Shown one piece after another: positions 40,204 through 51,200 of a stretch of 54,792 nucleotides of DNA. The translations under genes were made by a program, and so were the position numbers. The notes beneath the pieces are model-generated. The model searched no databases. It saw only the letters and a program-made list of their open reading frames with translations, and was not told the DNA's origin. Position 1 is the stretch's first letter, and every line of letters starts with the position of its first letter. Location of the stretch: the NCBI GenBank assembly GCA_046330075.1, contig JAXLTL010000015.1, positions 1-54,792 of the forward strand, written 5' to 3'. This DNA comes from Bacteroidia bacterium. GTDB lineage: Bacteria > Bacteroidota > Bacteroidia > AKYH767-A > OLB10.

Positions 40204-41061
40204 ATTGTTGAGAATTTGAATTTATTATACGAAATAAATAAACTGAAGGTGGTAATATTCCAATTTCAATAGTTACATCTTCCGAATTTCCAGAGTAAAA
40301 CCCACTAGTTACTTGTTGACCAGTTGAAGATAAAATCTCATACTGTTGAACTGACTCGTCTAAACAAATACCTGCAATTTTCATTATTGAGCTTTCTGCG
40401 TTAAACACAAGTTCAGGCGAGCATTTGGTACCTTCTTCACCTTTATTTACCTTCAACGCTGTCCCGGATTTATTCAACTTGTATTTCACGTTTCGGCTTC
40501 CTAAGTTGTCATCTTCCAACCATACCCAAAGCAAATTAATTCCTTGCTCACCCGCCAGAGATAATCCCCATTCGTTTTGTACAGTACCACTGTTTACACT
40601 TGGCGCGGTTACGATATTCAGGTTATTATGCTCGTGAAGTGTTCCTGCTACCTTACTACCATCTATTACCTGACCATACGTACTTACTGGAGCCTGTTCC
40701 CCACAGTTTATATCTACCATGCCCCAGGCCATCGTCAAATAGCCTGCATTGCCCAGATTGCCATTGAATGAGCGGCGGTCATAGGTGATTTTGGGAGAGT
40801 AATTGGAATAAAAACCAGATTCATTAAAATCAAAAATTGGGATATGTGATAAAATCATCCGTAGCGCCCTGCATTTGACCTCTAAAGATATCACATCCGG
40901 TGTTTTCTGCACCGGCTGCCTGGGTGGTAGCCGTGTAAATGGTACGAACCGGTTGATTACAGCCGGCAAAACTTGCGCAAGTCGATTGAGCGAAAGAGGT
41001 GATTATTGCACTGATTGCCAGTACAATCCCCCCCAACTGATTTAAGAAATAGATTTTTCAT
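40178..41061 (-). pseudogene. T9SS-CTD protein gene broken by two -1 frameshifts at homopolymers (C7 at 41029..41035; A5 at 40833..40837); alternatively phase-variable or homopolymer sequencing error
   Basis: The ATG at 41061 gives MKNLFLKSV, then the G7 run. With G6 it would read MKNLFLKSVGGIVLAISAIITSFAQS (a perfect signal peptide). A second shift at TTTTT (coding strand) joins ...DDFITYPNF to DFNESGFYSNYSPKITYD...VYLFRIINSNSQQYVKKFIVR (CTD). Confidence 0.6.
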
Positions 41062-41182
41062 AAGTTGAAATTTTATGTTTCATTAAAAGTATAATCAAAT
41101 CTAAGTGGTAGTAAGGGTAAAAATAACCCATTCCTTGGGATAAAAAAATGGGGGTAATTTTAGCCCTGGAAATTTTCCTGAC

Positions 41183-41357
41183 TGGAGGAAGAGGTGGTAT
41201 CGAAAGCGTAAAGAAGAAGGAACGCGAATGACGCCGATTGGGCAGATGGTCGCGGATCAGGCCGCTGATTGCTTATGAATATTATGATTTGTTATGATTT
41301 TGTTTATCATAAAAAATCATAACCATCAGTGAAATCAGTGGCTGAAGATGGAAAGCA
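41183..41357. repeat. Copy 2 of the 175-bp direct repeat; abuts the dxs stop
   Basis: Begins with a remnant ...GGAAGAGGTGGTATCGAAAGCGTAA equal to the purN 3' codons EEVVSKA*. Confidence 0.9.
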
Positions 41358-41364
41358 ACTTGGA

Positions 41365-43329
41365 TTATCTGATTGATACGGGCGAATTCTGAATTCCTAA
41401 TTCTGCATTCTGAATTTCCCTCACTGCTTCCATGATGGCCTGCGCATCAAAATTGCATTCACGGTAGAGTTCTTTTTGCTCTCCGTGTTCGATCCATTGA
41501 TCCGGAATACCGAGACGTGTTATTTGCGCGGAATAATGATGATCGATCATAAATTCTGCAACAGCACTGCCGAATCCTCCCTGAATACAACCGTCTTCCA
41601 CGGTGATGATGTGTTTAAACTCCGAGAAAATCTCATGGAGCAAGGCGGTATCGAGCGGCTTCACAAAGCGCATGTCGTAGTGTGCAGGATAGAGTCCTTC
41701 TTCGGCGAGTTTATCGCAAGCTTCTACTGCAAAATTTCCGGGATGACCGATGGTGAGGATGGCTACTTTCTCTCCTCCGCGGATCTTCCTGCCCTTGCCT
41801 ACCGGTATCGCTTCGAAGGGTTTTCTCCAGTCGACCATGACACCGTTTCCTCTCGGATAACGGATGCTGAAAGGTCCCATACCAGGGTGTGTTGCTGTGT
41901 ACATCAGATTGCGCAACTCCTGTTCGTTCATTGGAGCTGAAACAACCATATTGGGAATGCAACGGAAGAAGGCGAGATCAAAAGCGCCATGGTGCGTAGG
42001 ACCATCAGCGCCGGCTAATCCACCTCTGTCGAGGCAGAAAATGACGTGGAGATTCTGCAATGCTACATCGTGCACTACCTGATCGTAGGCGCGTTGCATA
42101 AAACTGCTGTAGATGTTACAAAACGGAATCATACCTTGTGTCGCCATTCCTGCAGAGAACGTCACTGCATGTTGCTCGGCTATGCCCACATCGAATGCTC
42201 GGTGTGGCATGGCTTTCATCATGATGTTGAGTGAACATCCGGAAGGCATCGCCGGTGTAACACCAACAATTTTATTATTCATCTCGGCCAGCTCTACAAT
42301 CGTATGACCGAATACATCCTGGTACTTTGGCGGCTGCGGTTTCTCCACAACCGGCTTCACAATCTCTCCGGTGATCTTGTCGAATAAACCGGGCGCATGC
42401 CACTTGGTCTGGTCTTTCTCGGCCAGTTCATAGCCCTTTCCTTTTACGGTAAGGCAATGGAGAATTTTTGGTCCCGGAATTTTCTTGAGATCATTGAGCA
42501 CTTTCACCATGTGGTTCACGTCGTGCCCGTCGATCGGACCGAAATAACGGAACTTGAGCGACTCAAACATATTACTCTGCTTGAGCAATGCACTCTTCAC
42601 AGCGCCTTCAACTTTCTGAGCGATGGCCTGCGCATTGGGACCGAATTTGGAGATTACACCGAGCATCTTCCACACTTCGTCCTTCATCCGGTTATAGGTT
42701 CCGGACGTAGTGATATCGGTGAGATATTCTTTGAGCGCGCCCACATTGGGGTCGATGCTCATGCAGTTATCGTTGAGGATGACGAGGAGGTTAGAGTCCT
42801 CCACGCCGCCGTGGTTGAGTCCCTCGAAGGCAAGTCCCGCCGTCATGGCACCATCGCCGATCACTGCGATATGCTGACGTTTTTTATCACCTTTCAGCCG
42901 GGAAGCCACCGCCATTCCCAATGCAGCGGAGATGGAGGTAGAACTATGCCCCACTCCGAAACTATCGTACTCGCTCTCTGAACGCTTGGGGAACCCGGAA
43001 ATGCCCTTGTAGATGCGGTTGGTATGAAAAACATCACGGCGACCGGTGAGGATTTTATGTCCATACGCCTGATGACCCACATCCCATACCAGCTGATCAA
43101 CAGGGGTATTGAAGACGTAATGCAGGGCTATGGTCATTTCCACGACGCCCAGACTTGCCCCAAAGTGTCCGCCATTAACCGACACGATATCAATGATATA
43201 CTGGCGCAACTCATCGGTAACCTGTTTCAATTGGTCTTCGTTGAGTTTACGCAAATCGGCCGGGATCCGGATTTTATCGAGCAGTGGACCTGCTTGTACC
43301 TGTTGCATGGGCATAGGCTGAAGGGGCAA
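41365..43329 (-). CDS. dxs: 1-deoxy-D-xylulose-5-phosphate synthase
   Basis: TPP-binding GDGAMTAGLAFEGLNH, transketolase-like domains; N-terminus ...LLDKIRIPADLRKL is typical of Dxs. Start may be an internal M (MPMQQV). Confidence 0.93.
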   Translation of the reverse strand: MPLQPMPMQQVQAGPLLDKIRIPADLRKLNEDQLKQVTDELRQYIIDIVSVNGGHFGASLGVVEMTIALHYVFNTPVDQLVWDVGHQAYGHKILTGRRDVFHTNRIYKGISGFPKRSESEYDSFGVGHSSTSISAALGMAVASRLKGDKKRQHIAVIGDGAMTAGLAFEGLNHGGVEDSNLLVILNDNCMSIDPNVGALKEYLTDITTSGTYNRMKDEVWKMLGVISKFGPNAQAIAQKVEGAVKSALLKQSNMFESLKFRYFGPIDGHDVNHMVKVLNDLKKIPGPKILHCLTVKGKGYELAEKDQTKWHAPGLFDKITGEIVKPVVEKPQPPKYQDVFGHTIVELAEMNNKIVGVTPAMPSGCSLNIMMKAMPHRAFDVGIAEQHAVTFSAGMATQGMIPFCNIYSSFMQRAYDQVVHDVALQNLHVIFCLDRGGLAGADGPTHHGAFDLAFFRCIPNMVVSAPMNEQELRNLMYTATHPGMGPFSIRYPRGNGVMVDWRKPFEAIPVGKGRKIRGGEKVAILTIGHPGNFAVEACDKLAEEGLYPAHYDMRFVKPLDTALLHEIFSEFKHIITVEDGCIQGGFGSAVAEFMIDHHYSAQITRLGIPDQWIEHGEQKELYRECNFDAQAIMEAVREIQNAELGIQNSPVSIR

Positions 43330-43579
43330 AGTTAAGGAATTGTAAGGGAACGGGAATCAGAGAGATTTATCATGCGCTGATAAGGGATTAACAAATATTT
43401 AGGCAAATGGTTTTGGGGTTTGCAATTGCAGTTGCGGTAGGTAGTAGGTACGTAGCATGCTACGTACCTACTACCTACCGCAACCTCAAACACCACAAAC
43501 CACGAAACTTCATTACCTTTGCAGTTCTTAAAAACCGCCATAATCGGCACCAATGATTTAAAGATCAATTAATTGCAAT

Positions 43580-44965
43580 ATGGAACATACCTCCGTAATA
43601 TCGCTCCTCGACGCTTCGTCCATCGGCAGCACAGCCATCGCAAAAGGATGGGTGCGCACTAAACGCGGCAATAAAAACGTGGCTTTCATCGCCCTGAACG
43701 ACGGCAGTACAATCCATAATCTGCAGTTGGTGGTTGATCCGAATACCTTCGACGAAGAGCTGCTGAAACGCATCAGCACCGGTGCCTGCATTCGTGCGAA
43801 AGGGACGATTGTTGCGTCTGCAGGATCGGGACAAGCAACAGAGATGCAGGTGAGCGAACTTTCCGTGTACGGAGAAGCAGATCCTGAGACTTATCCATTG
43901 CAGAAGAAAGGACATACGCTGGAGTTTCTGCGCGAGATTGCGCATCTGCGTCCACGCACGAATACCTTTGGAGCGGTACTGCGCATCCGTCATAACATGG
44001 CCTTTGCGATTCATAAATATTTCAACGATCGCGGCTTTTTCTACCTCCACTCACCGATCATCACCGGATCCGATGCAGAAGGGGCAGGAGAGATGTTTCA
44101 TGTGACCAATTTCGAAATCGGAAATCCGCCCCGTACGGAAGATGGAGCGATTGACTACTCGCAGGATTTCTTCGGTAAGGAAACCAACCTCACCGTATCG
44201 GGACAACTTGAAGGAGAGTTAGGCGCGATGGCACTCGGAAAAATCTACACGTTTGGTCCGACCTTCCGCGCAGAGAACTCCAATACTCCCCGACATCTTG
44301 CCGAGTTCTGGATGATTGAACCGGAGATGGCGTTTTATGAAATCGACGACAACATGGACCTCGCCGAGGACATGCTGAAATACCTCGTGCGTTATGCACT
44401 CGAAAACTGCAAGGACGATGTAGAGTTCCTCAACAACATGTACGACAAGGAACTTATTGCGCGACTGCAATCGGTTGTTGAGAAACCTTTCAAACGTCTA
44501 ACTTACACTGCAGCCGTTGAAATTCTGATTCCTCTCAACAACAAATTTGAGTTCAAAGTTGAGTGGGGAACGGATTTACAGAAAGAGCACGAAAACTATC
44601 TCGTTGAACATTTCGGAGGACCGGTTATTCTCACCGATTACCCGAAGCATATCAAGGCGTTTTACATGAAACAAAACGACGATGGGAAGACGGTTCGAGC
44701 GATGGACGTTTTGTTTCCCTGGATCGGCGAGATCATTGGTGGCTCACAGCGTGAAGACAACTACGACAAGCTCTATGCGCGCGTGAAAGAGATGGGTATT
44801 CACGAAGAAAGTTTATGGTGGTATCTGGAGACAAGAAAATTCGGAACCTGTCCGCACGCGGGCTTTGGTCTTGGTTTCGAGCGACTGGTACTCTTCGTCA
44901 CCGGCATGAACAACATCCGCGACGTGATTCCATTTCCGCGCACACCGAAGAATGCGGAGTTTTAA
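43580..44965 (+). CDS. asnS: Asparagine--tRNA ligase
   Basis: Class-II aaRS motifs (FRAE, GxGxGxER: [17 protein letters not shown]), N-terminal OB anticodon-binding domain; 461 aa. Confidence 0.92.
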   Translation: MEHTSVISLLDASSIGSTAIAKGWVRTKRGNKNVAFIALNDGSTIHNLQLVVDPNTFDEELLKRISTGACIRAKGTIVASAGSGQATEMQVSELSVYGEADPETYPLQKKGHTLEFLREIAHLRPRTNTFGAVLRIRHNMAFAIHKYFNDRGFFYLHSPIITGSDAEGAGEMFHVTNFEIGNPPRTEDGAIDYSQDFFGKETNLTVSGQLEGELGAMALGKIYTFGPTFRAENSNTPRHLAEFWMIEPEMAFYEIDDNMDLAEDMLKYLVRYALENCKDDVEFLNNMYDKELIARLQSVVEKPFKRLTYTAAVEILIPLNNKFEFKVEWGTDLQKEHENYLVEHFGGPVILTDYPKHIKAFYMKQNDDGKTVRAMDVLFPWIGEIIGGSQREDNYDKLYARVKEMGIHEESLWWYLETRKFGTCPHAGFGLGFERLVLFVTGMNNIRDVIPFPRTPKNAEF

Positions 44966-45171
44966 GGCAGTTGACAGTTTTCAGTCTTCAGTTGATAGTT
45001 TGGAGTTGGTTATCGGCAGTTTTTAGTGGGTAGTCAATAACAAACAGGTGAAATCACGACTGGACTGTTTAAGAACCAGTCAGCCGGAAAAAATAATTAA
45101 CCCTAAAACGGCAGGTTTTTACCCAAATTTCACACCTTTCATCTCTGCATTCGCTATTTTCGCTGCATCGT

Positions 45172-46701
45172 ATGCAAAAGTTAGGATTACATCAGAAACT
45201 CCTTCAGAAGTTATCGCCGCAGCAGATTCAATTGATGAAACTGTTACAGGTACCAACGGCTGCTTTGGAACAACGGATCAAGGAGGAACTGGAGATTAAT
45301 CCCGCTCTTGAAGAAGGAAGTCCGGATGATATTGCGGAAGAGGAACTCCAGCAAAACGACAGCGAAGAGAACGACGATTTTACGGGCGACGAAGAAGAGA
45401 CGGAGCGTGAAGAGCGCTCGGAGACGGCGGATGAAGCAGAAGCCGGTGCATTGGAAGAAGCGATCCGCAATGAAGATGTAGATGTTGCGGATTACATCGA
45501 CGATGATGATGTTCCTTACTATAAACTGAACGCGAACAATTCGAGTGCTGATGATGAGCGTCCCGAAACGCCGATCACCGTCAGTGTTTCTTATCAGGAT
45601 ACCATGCTGTCGTCACTCGGCATGTTGCCGCTCGACGATCATCATTATCAGTTAGCCGAACATTTAATTGGCAGTCTGGATGACGATGGATATCTGCGTC
45701 GGGATCTGGATTCGATTGTGGATGACCTGGCTTTCACCCGAAACATCCAGACCAACGAAAAAGAACTGGAAGAAACACTCAAGGTGATTCAGACGCTCGA
45801 CCCTCCGGGGATTGCGGCGAGAGATTTGCGTGAATGTCTGATGCTGCAACTGGAGCGCAAACACCTCGATCAGCCACCGCACGATGCCGCCTATCAGATC
45901 CTGAATAAATACTTCGAAGAGTTTTCAAAGAAGCATTACGAAAAGATACAACGTGGTTTATCGCTCAATGACGAAGAACTCAAGGAAGCGATCAATGAAA
46001 TTCTGATGTTGAATCCACGTCCGGGTGGAGGATCAGCAGAAGACACCAGAACAAGTCAGCAGATCATCCCTGATTTTATCCTCAGCGTTGTCGACAACAA
46101 CCTCGAGTTAAATCTAAATTCCCGCAACGATCCGGATCTGCGCATCAGTCGTTCGTTTCAGGAGATGCTGGGTACATACTCGAAAGATAAAAAGAAAGAC
46201 AGCAAGGAAGCGGTTGCATTTATCAAATCGAAGATTGATGCCGCAAAATGGTTTATTGATGCGATCCGTCAACGGCAACATACCCTGCTCAGCACGATGA
46301 CCGCCATTATGAATTTCCAGAAAGATTATTTTCTGCAGGGAGACGAGCGCGAGTTGAAGCCGATGATTTTAAAAGACATTGCCGACATGGTAGGGTTGGA
46401 TATCTCAACCGTATCACGCGTTGCGAATTCGAAATACGTGGAAACACCCTACGGCACATTTTTGCTCAAATATTTCTTTAGTGAAGGTCTGACGACCGAT
46501 AGCGGTGAAGAAGCCTCCAGTCGTGAGATCAAAAAGATTCTCGAAGACAACATCAGCAAGGAAGATAAGAAACACCCTTTACCCGATGAGAAGCTGGCCG
46601 AGATTTTAAACAAAGCAGGCTACAACATCGCCCGCCGTACCGTTGCCAAATACCGCGAACAGATGAACATTCCGGTAGCAAGGTTGCGGAAAGAGGTGTA
46701 G
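45172..46701 (+). CDS. rpoN: RNA polymerase sigma-54 factor
   Basis: N-terminal Gln/Leu-rich activator-interacting region (MQKLGLHQKLLQKLSPQQIQLMKLLQ), acidic linker, C-terminal RpoN box ARRTVAKYRE. Confidence 0.93.
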   Translation: MQKLGLHQKLLQKLSPQQIQLMKLLQVPTAALEQRIKEELEINPALEEGSPDDIAEEELQQNDSEENDDFTGDEEETEREERSETADEAEAGALEEAIRNEDVDVADYIDDDDVPYYKLNANNSSADDERPETPITVSVSYQDTMLSSLGMLPLDDHHYQLAEHLIGSLDDDGYLRRDLDSIVDDLAFTRNIQTNEKELEETLKVIQTLDPPGIAARDLRECLMLQLERKHLDQPPHDAAYQILNKYFEEFSKKHYEKIQRGLSLNDEELKEAINEILMLNPRPGGGSAEDTRTSQQIIPDFILSVVDNNLELNLNSRNDPDLRISRSFQEMLGTYSKDKKKDSKEAVAFIKSKIDAAKWFIDAIRQRQHTLLSTMTAIMNFQKDYFLQGDERELKPMILKDIADMVGLDISTVSRVANSKYVETPYGTFLLKYFFSEGLTTDSGEEASSREIKKILEDNISKEDKKHPLPDEKLAEILNKAGYNIARRTVAKYREQMNIPVARLRKEV

Positions 46702-46713
46702 AGGGGGGGGGAT

Positions 46714-46863
46714 CCCGCCCCGTTTTAGTCATATGCCGCCCCTACGGGGCTAATATTGTTCTACTCCTTCGGTTTAAATGAAATCGCAGCCCCGTAGGGG
46801 CGGCATATGACTAAAACGGGAATGTACCAAATCCAAAGAGCCCCGTAGGGGCGGTACATCGGC
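46714..46863. repeat. REP-like palindromic repeats: inverted doublet (46714..46750 and 46787..46820) plus a third partial copy (46839..46863)
   Basis: CCCGCCCCGTTTTAGTCATATGCCGCCCCTACGGGGC and its reverse complement GCAGCCCCGTAGGGGCGGCATATGACTAAAACGGG. Each has GC-rich terminal stems. Preceded by a G9 tract at 46703..46711. Confidence 0.8.
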
Positions 46864-46955
46864 AAGAGAGAGAATGATGCTCAGGTTGGCGATAATTTTA
46901 TAATCCACCGATCAACCTTTGAGCTGAAATCCGGATGCATTTCAGGTTTAACCGA

Positions 46956-47417
46956 TCAATCTATCGTTTCAAAAATATATCGCTCATCGAATTCAACCCC
47001 CGACAATTTTAACAGACGCAAATATTCCTCCCGGAATGATTTCCGCTTATGATGATTCTCCTGATTCTTGATATAATCGATGGTTCTGTCAACACGGCCG
47101 GGACTGACTGAAAAAGCCCCAAATCCGTTTTGCCATTCAAATTTACCTCTGACCAATTTGTTCTCATTAATCCATCTCGATGAATTCGCCTTGATATCTC
47201 TTACGATGTCTGAAATACGCGTTGCCGGCGAAATACTAAGCAAAATATGAACATGATCGCTGACACCGTTAAGACACATGACCTTATCACGTTTATTAAC
47301 GACAATTCCATTCATAAATTTAAACAAATTGGTCTTCCACTCGGAGGCAATCAGATTCTCTCTTCGTTTTACTGCGAAAACGACATGGATGTAAAGTTGT
47401 GAATAGGTGTTTGGCAT
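46956..47417 (-). CDS. IS200/IS605-family Y1 (HuH) transposase, REP-associated tyrosine transposase (RAYT)-like
   Basis: MPNTYSQLYIHVVFAVKRR (typical N-terminus), HuH motif HVHILLSI, catalytic Tyr in RTIDYIKNQ. About 153 aa (the ORF is open to 47462). No TnpB partner. Adjacent REP doublet. Confidence 0.8.
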   Translation of the reverse strand: MPNTYSQLYIHVVFAVKRRENLIASEWKTNLFKFMNGIVVNKRDKVMCLNGVSDHVHILLSISPATRISDIVRDIKANSSRWINENKLVRGKFEWQNGFGAFSVSPGRVDRTIDYIKNQENHHKRKSFREEYLRLLKLSGVEFDERYIFETID

Positions 47418-47590
47418 AGATATTTTTTTTAAAGTTGGTTTATTGAAAATTGAACGGTACAATTATACTGTGATAAAAGACGATCCGCATCCGATACTTT
47501 ACCGGTTTTCAACAGGTGAATGTGGTTAAACAAATCAGTGGCTGATCGGACAATTCTTTATCCCGGAATTTCGTTTACATTTGCATCACT

Positions 47591-48220
47591 ATGAGGAGTG
47601 CCACCCATTTCATTTCGGTATTGTTTCATCCTTTGCTGATGCCATTGTATGCATTCTGGCTGATGCTGAACAGCGGTGGTTACCTCAGCTATGCGGTTCC
47701 CGAAAAATTCAGACAGTATCTGTACCTCGTGATCTTCATCAGTACTTTTTTATTGCCCTCATTGCTCACCTGGCTGATGGTGCAGAAGGGCTGGATCAGC
47801 AATATGGAAATGGATGAGCGTAAAGAACGCCATCTCCCCTACCTCATTACTTTGAGTTGTTACATTGCCGCTGCGTATCTGCTTTTCAAATTGCCCTTGC
47901 CGCGTATGTTTAGTCTCACGATCATGGGTGCTGCGATTGCCATTCTGATTGCTTTCATCATCAATCTCAGATGGAAGATCAGCATACATATGATTGGCAT
48001 TGGCGGTATGCTGGGATTATTTTACGGGTATGGAAAGTATTTTCATATGAAAACAGTTTTCATTCTGGTGTTGATTTCGATCATTGCAGGAATAGTTGCT
48101 TCCGCCAGGCTCTTCAGAAAAAGTCATACACCCGGACAAGTGTACGGCGGCTTTGTGGTGGGTTTCCTTGCTGAGATGGGCTTCATCGCCATCATTTCAG
48201 ATGTGCTGCTGAACGGTTGA
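47591..48220 (+). CDS. Hypothetical integral membrane protein (5-6 TM)
   Basis: 209 aa, hydrophobic helices throughout. PAP2-like topology but canonical PAP2 motifs not confirmed. Confidence 0.55.
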   Translation: MRSATHFISVLFHPLLMPLYAFWLMLNSGGYLSYAVPEKFRQYLYLVIFISTFLLPSLLTWLMVQKGWISNMEMDERKERHLPYLITLSCYIAAAYLLFKLPLPRMFSLTIMGAAIAILIAFIINLRWKISIHMIGIGGMLGLFYGYGKYFHMKTVFILVLISIIAGIVASARLFRKSHTPGQVYGGFVVGFLAEMGFIAIISDVLLNG

Positions 48221-51200
48221 TCAATACTTCACAAACATCTTCCGTACCAAAGCTTCACCGGTGCTGCTGATCATCTCCATCACATATATACCGGTACTGA
48301 GCCAGGTTGCGTTGTAGTTGCCATTGAAGGGACGTACTTCCATCAGCTGTCCGCTCATTGACCATACTTTAATCTCTGCAATTGTATCACAAACGGATTC
48401 CAGCTGCAGCACACTTCGTGTTGGGTTGGGGTAAAGCCGTACTGTTCGCTCACCATCGCAGGGATCAGCCTGCGGCGGACCCACCACTACATCCATCGTC
48501 TGCATCCGTTCGCAGGGAGCTCCGGTATCGAAGGCCTCCGCGGTAATGGTACCTGTTCCTGCAGTGCCCCAGGTAACCTCTACGGTATTGGTGCCTTGTC
48601 CGGATACAATCAATCCGTTGGTCACCGTCCAGATATAATTATCTGCAGACGTTGGCATCACATACGTAACGATAGTTCCCACATTGGCTACTGAATCCTC
48701 TCCAATAATCGGTGGAGAAAACTTACGGTACTTTTCAATTCCACCACTACGGAACAACTCCCGCAACTGACCCACCAGTACATGGTTTTGTGCGAGGTCG
48801 TTGGGTCCGGTGATGTACGCCACATCAAAACTCACAACACTATCGGGCGGCCAGGTGAAGGGACCTACGGAGCCCAGCCCATGTACATCTGTAGGAAATA
48901 AATTACCTGTGCCCATTGTCCAGGGTACAGAAAATGCAGGATCAGTCGTATCAGGAAACATATAGGTAGTTGGTGTATTAGTCCAGCCTGTTCCACCCAT
49001 TAACCCGCCTACTCCATCACCACCGTACGTAATTGGTCTACCGTCCACCCAGTGAGCTGTTAAATACTTATAAAAATCTTGTGTATGGGCTGGATCGTAA
49101 CAAAACACGAGATTAGTTCCAATGTAATCCATAAATCCAGACATCCCAAGATCTTCATTCGCCTCATCAATAACTCGGTTGTGATTATTATCAATGCCAT
49201 CCCCTGCGATTGCTAAAGGACATTTTAAAAATGTGAAATTTTGTACAGGAGTGCATAATCCAAATCCACTTCCACCTAATCCATCATCCAATGAATCGGC
49301 ATTGTAAGCATAAAACGTATTGTTTGTGACATTGCAACCAACATAATCATCGGCTGCGTTACCAAGATCTATTTCCGACCAAATACCAAAATAACAAGAA
49401 TCATATGTCCGGTCACTTCTATTATAAAGATCATAATGATAGAAAGTCGTGTAGGCGATCAATCTGCTCAGTGCATCCTGTGATGACGGACAATAATATC
49501 CATATGCTGATGCATGAATTTCGGTAAACATGGGCGAACTATGCGTTTCAGTTTTCCATACAGGATCATCATTATAAACGCACCACGACATTTGTTCCCC
49601 CTTGACATCAGGGAAATCACCATCATATGGATTGTATAATCCATCACCATTGAAATCAATAAAAGGTGCCAGTTTCTGTGGGTAAGCTGCATTGTTATAA
49701 AAGGCAGGCCAGTTGAGAATATAAGGTGAAATCTGAAAACTTCCATTCTGCACATTCCCGATGGCATACTGATACCTGAATGCATCGATGTCTGTTCGCC
49801 GGGTTACCCAGATATTATCAAAGAAGGCAAGTGCAATTGAATCTGCGCGACCTAAAGTATCTAATGGACCTGGTTGAAAATCACCCAACCCATTCTGTCT
49901 ATAGGTTTGCGCTGCGGCATATAAATTACCCAGCTGATCATAACCGCCCAACCAGATTGCCGAACAATAGATTGAACTTACATCTGAATATCTTGGTACA
50001 TTATAATAAGGATATTGGCTAACCGGATCCCACCCCAAATCACCCCGATTCAGAATTCGGGTAGAAATCATGTTAGGTGCCAGATCTGCTTGCCCGCCAT
50101 TACTTTTATATGATTCCGGTATACTATACTCAAAAGTTGCAGGAAAAACCATATTAAAACTATCCGGCGGATCACTATATTGATACGATATATCAGCCGG
50201 TACTTTTCTGATTTTTTGAGTTCCGATGAGATAATAAATCAATGAATCATTTTTATAGGGAGCAAATCGAAGATAGAACTGTTCAAATCTCGGAAGTGTC
50301 TCAGTCCTTACCACATTTCCGGGTTTAATCACCATCAGAAAATTCGGTTGTGCACCACGTGCAATATACACATCATTGTTTGGAGCGACTGATAATCTCG
50401 TACCTTGGGTATAATAGACCAGCGGTTTGGCTTCAACATATCCAAAAGAAAGCGAATCGCACCATTCATCTGCAACATATTTTCTTGAAAAGATAGAATC
50501 CAGATTCATAAAAGAATTTCCAGTCATTTTGTAAACTGTTGAATAACCCGCAATCAAAGTATCATAAGCAGTAACTGCTATCGAAGAAACCATCCCAAAC
50601 GAATATGGAACATTAAAAGTGTATGGAGTAATTCCACTTGCTGTCCAGCTTGCAAAACCATTTATCGTTGCCACCCATACATTATCGGATGGATCCGTGA
50701 ACAGCGAATTAACGGTATCGCTTGGCAATGGAGAATTGCTTCTCCTTACTTGTTGCCATATATCAGCATTGAGGTCATAAACAAACACTCCTGTTCTTGA
50801 CGATATAAAAACCTGCCCTCTGGCAACGGTTATATCCGAACTGAAACTCACCGGAAGTAGAAAGGTCGAATCCGTTGGAAAAAAACTAAAGCCGGATGCA
50901 TCTTTGCGTGTAATCCCGTAGCGGGTCAACATCCATAAGGTTCCGTTCTTCTCCAGATGCATGGCATAAACAGAATCCGTCGGCAACATATTTCCCGTAT
51001 TGGATTTTGTAAAATTCTGCCAGGATGTTCCATCGTAATGCAATACCCCAATGGATGAAAATGATGCCCAGATGTTGCCTGAAGTATCTGCCTCCAGATC
51101 AATCATTGAATTTATCACAGGTCCATATCCCGTAGGTAAATCAATCGAATCAACCGGCAGTTGGGCAAAAGTATCTTTACCAGTGAATACTACCACCAGC

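Noticed and set aside
40830-40969. Annotated N-terminus of the 263-aa ORF (MPAVINRFVPFTRLPPRQ...)
   Set aside because: The Arg/Pro-rich off-frame composition and absence of a signal peptide mark it as spurious; the overlapping 68-aa frame (signal peptide, TIYTATTQAAGAEN...) is protein-like, so the gene is treated as frameshifted instead.
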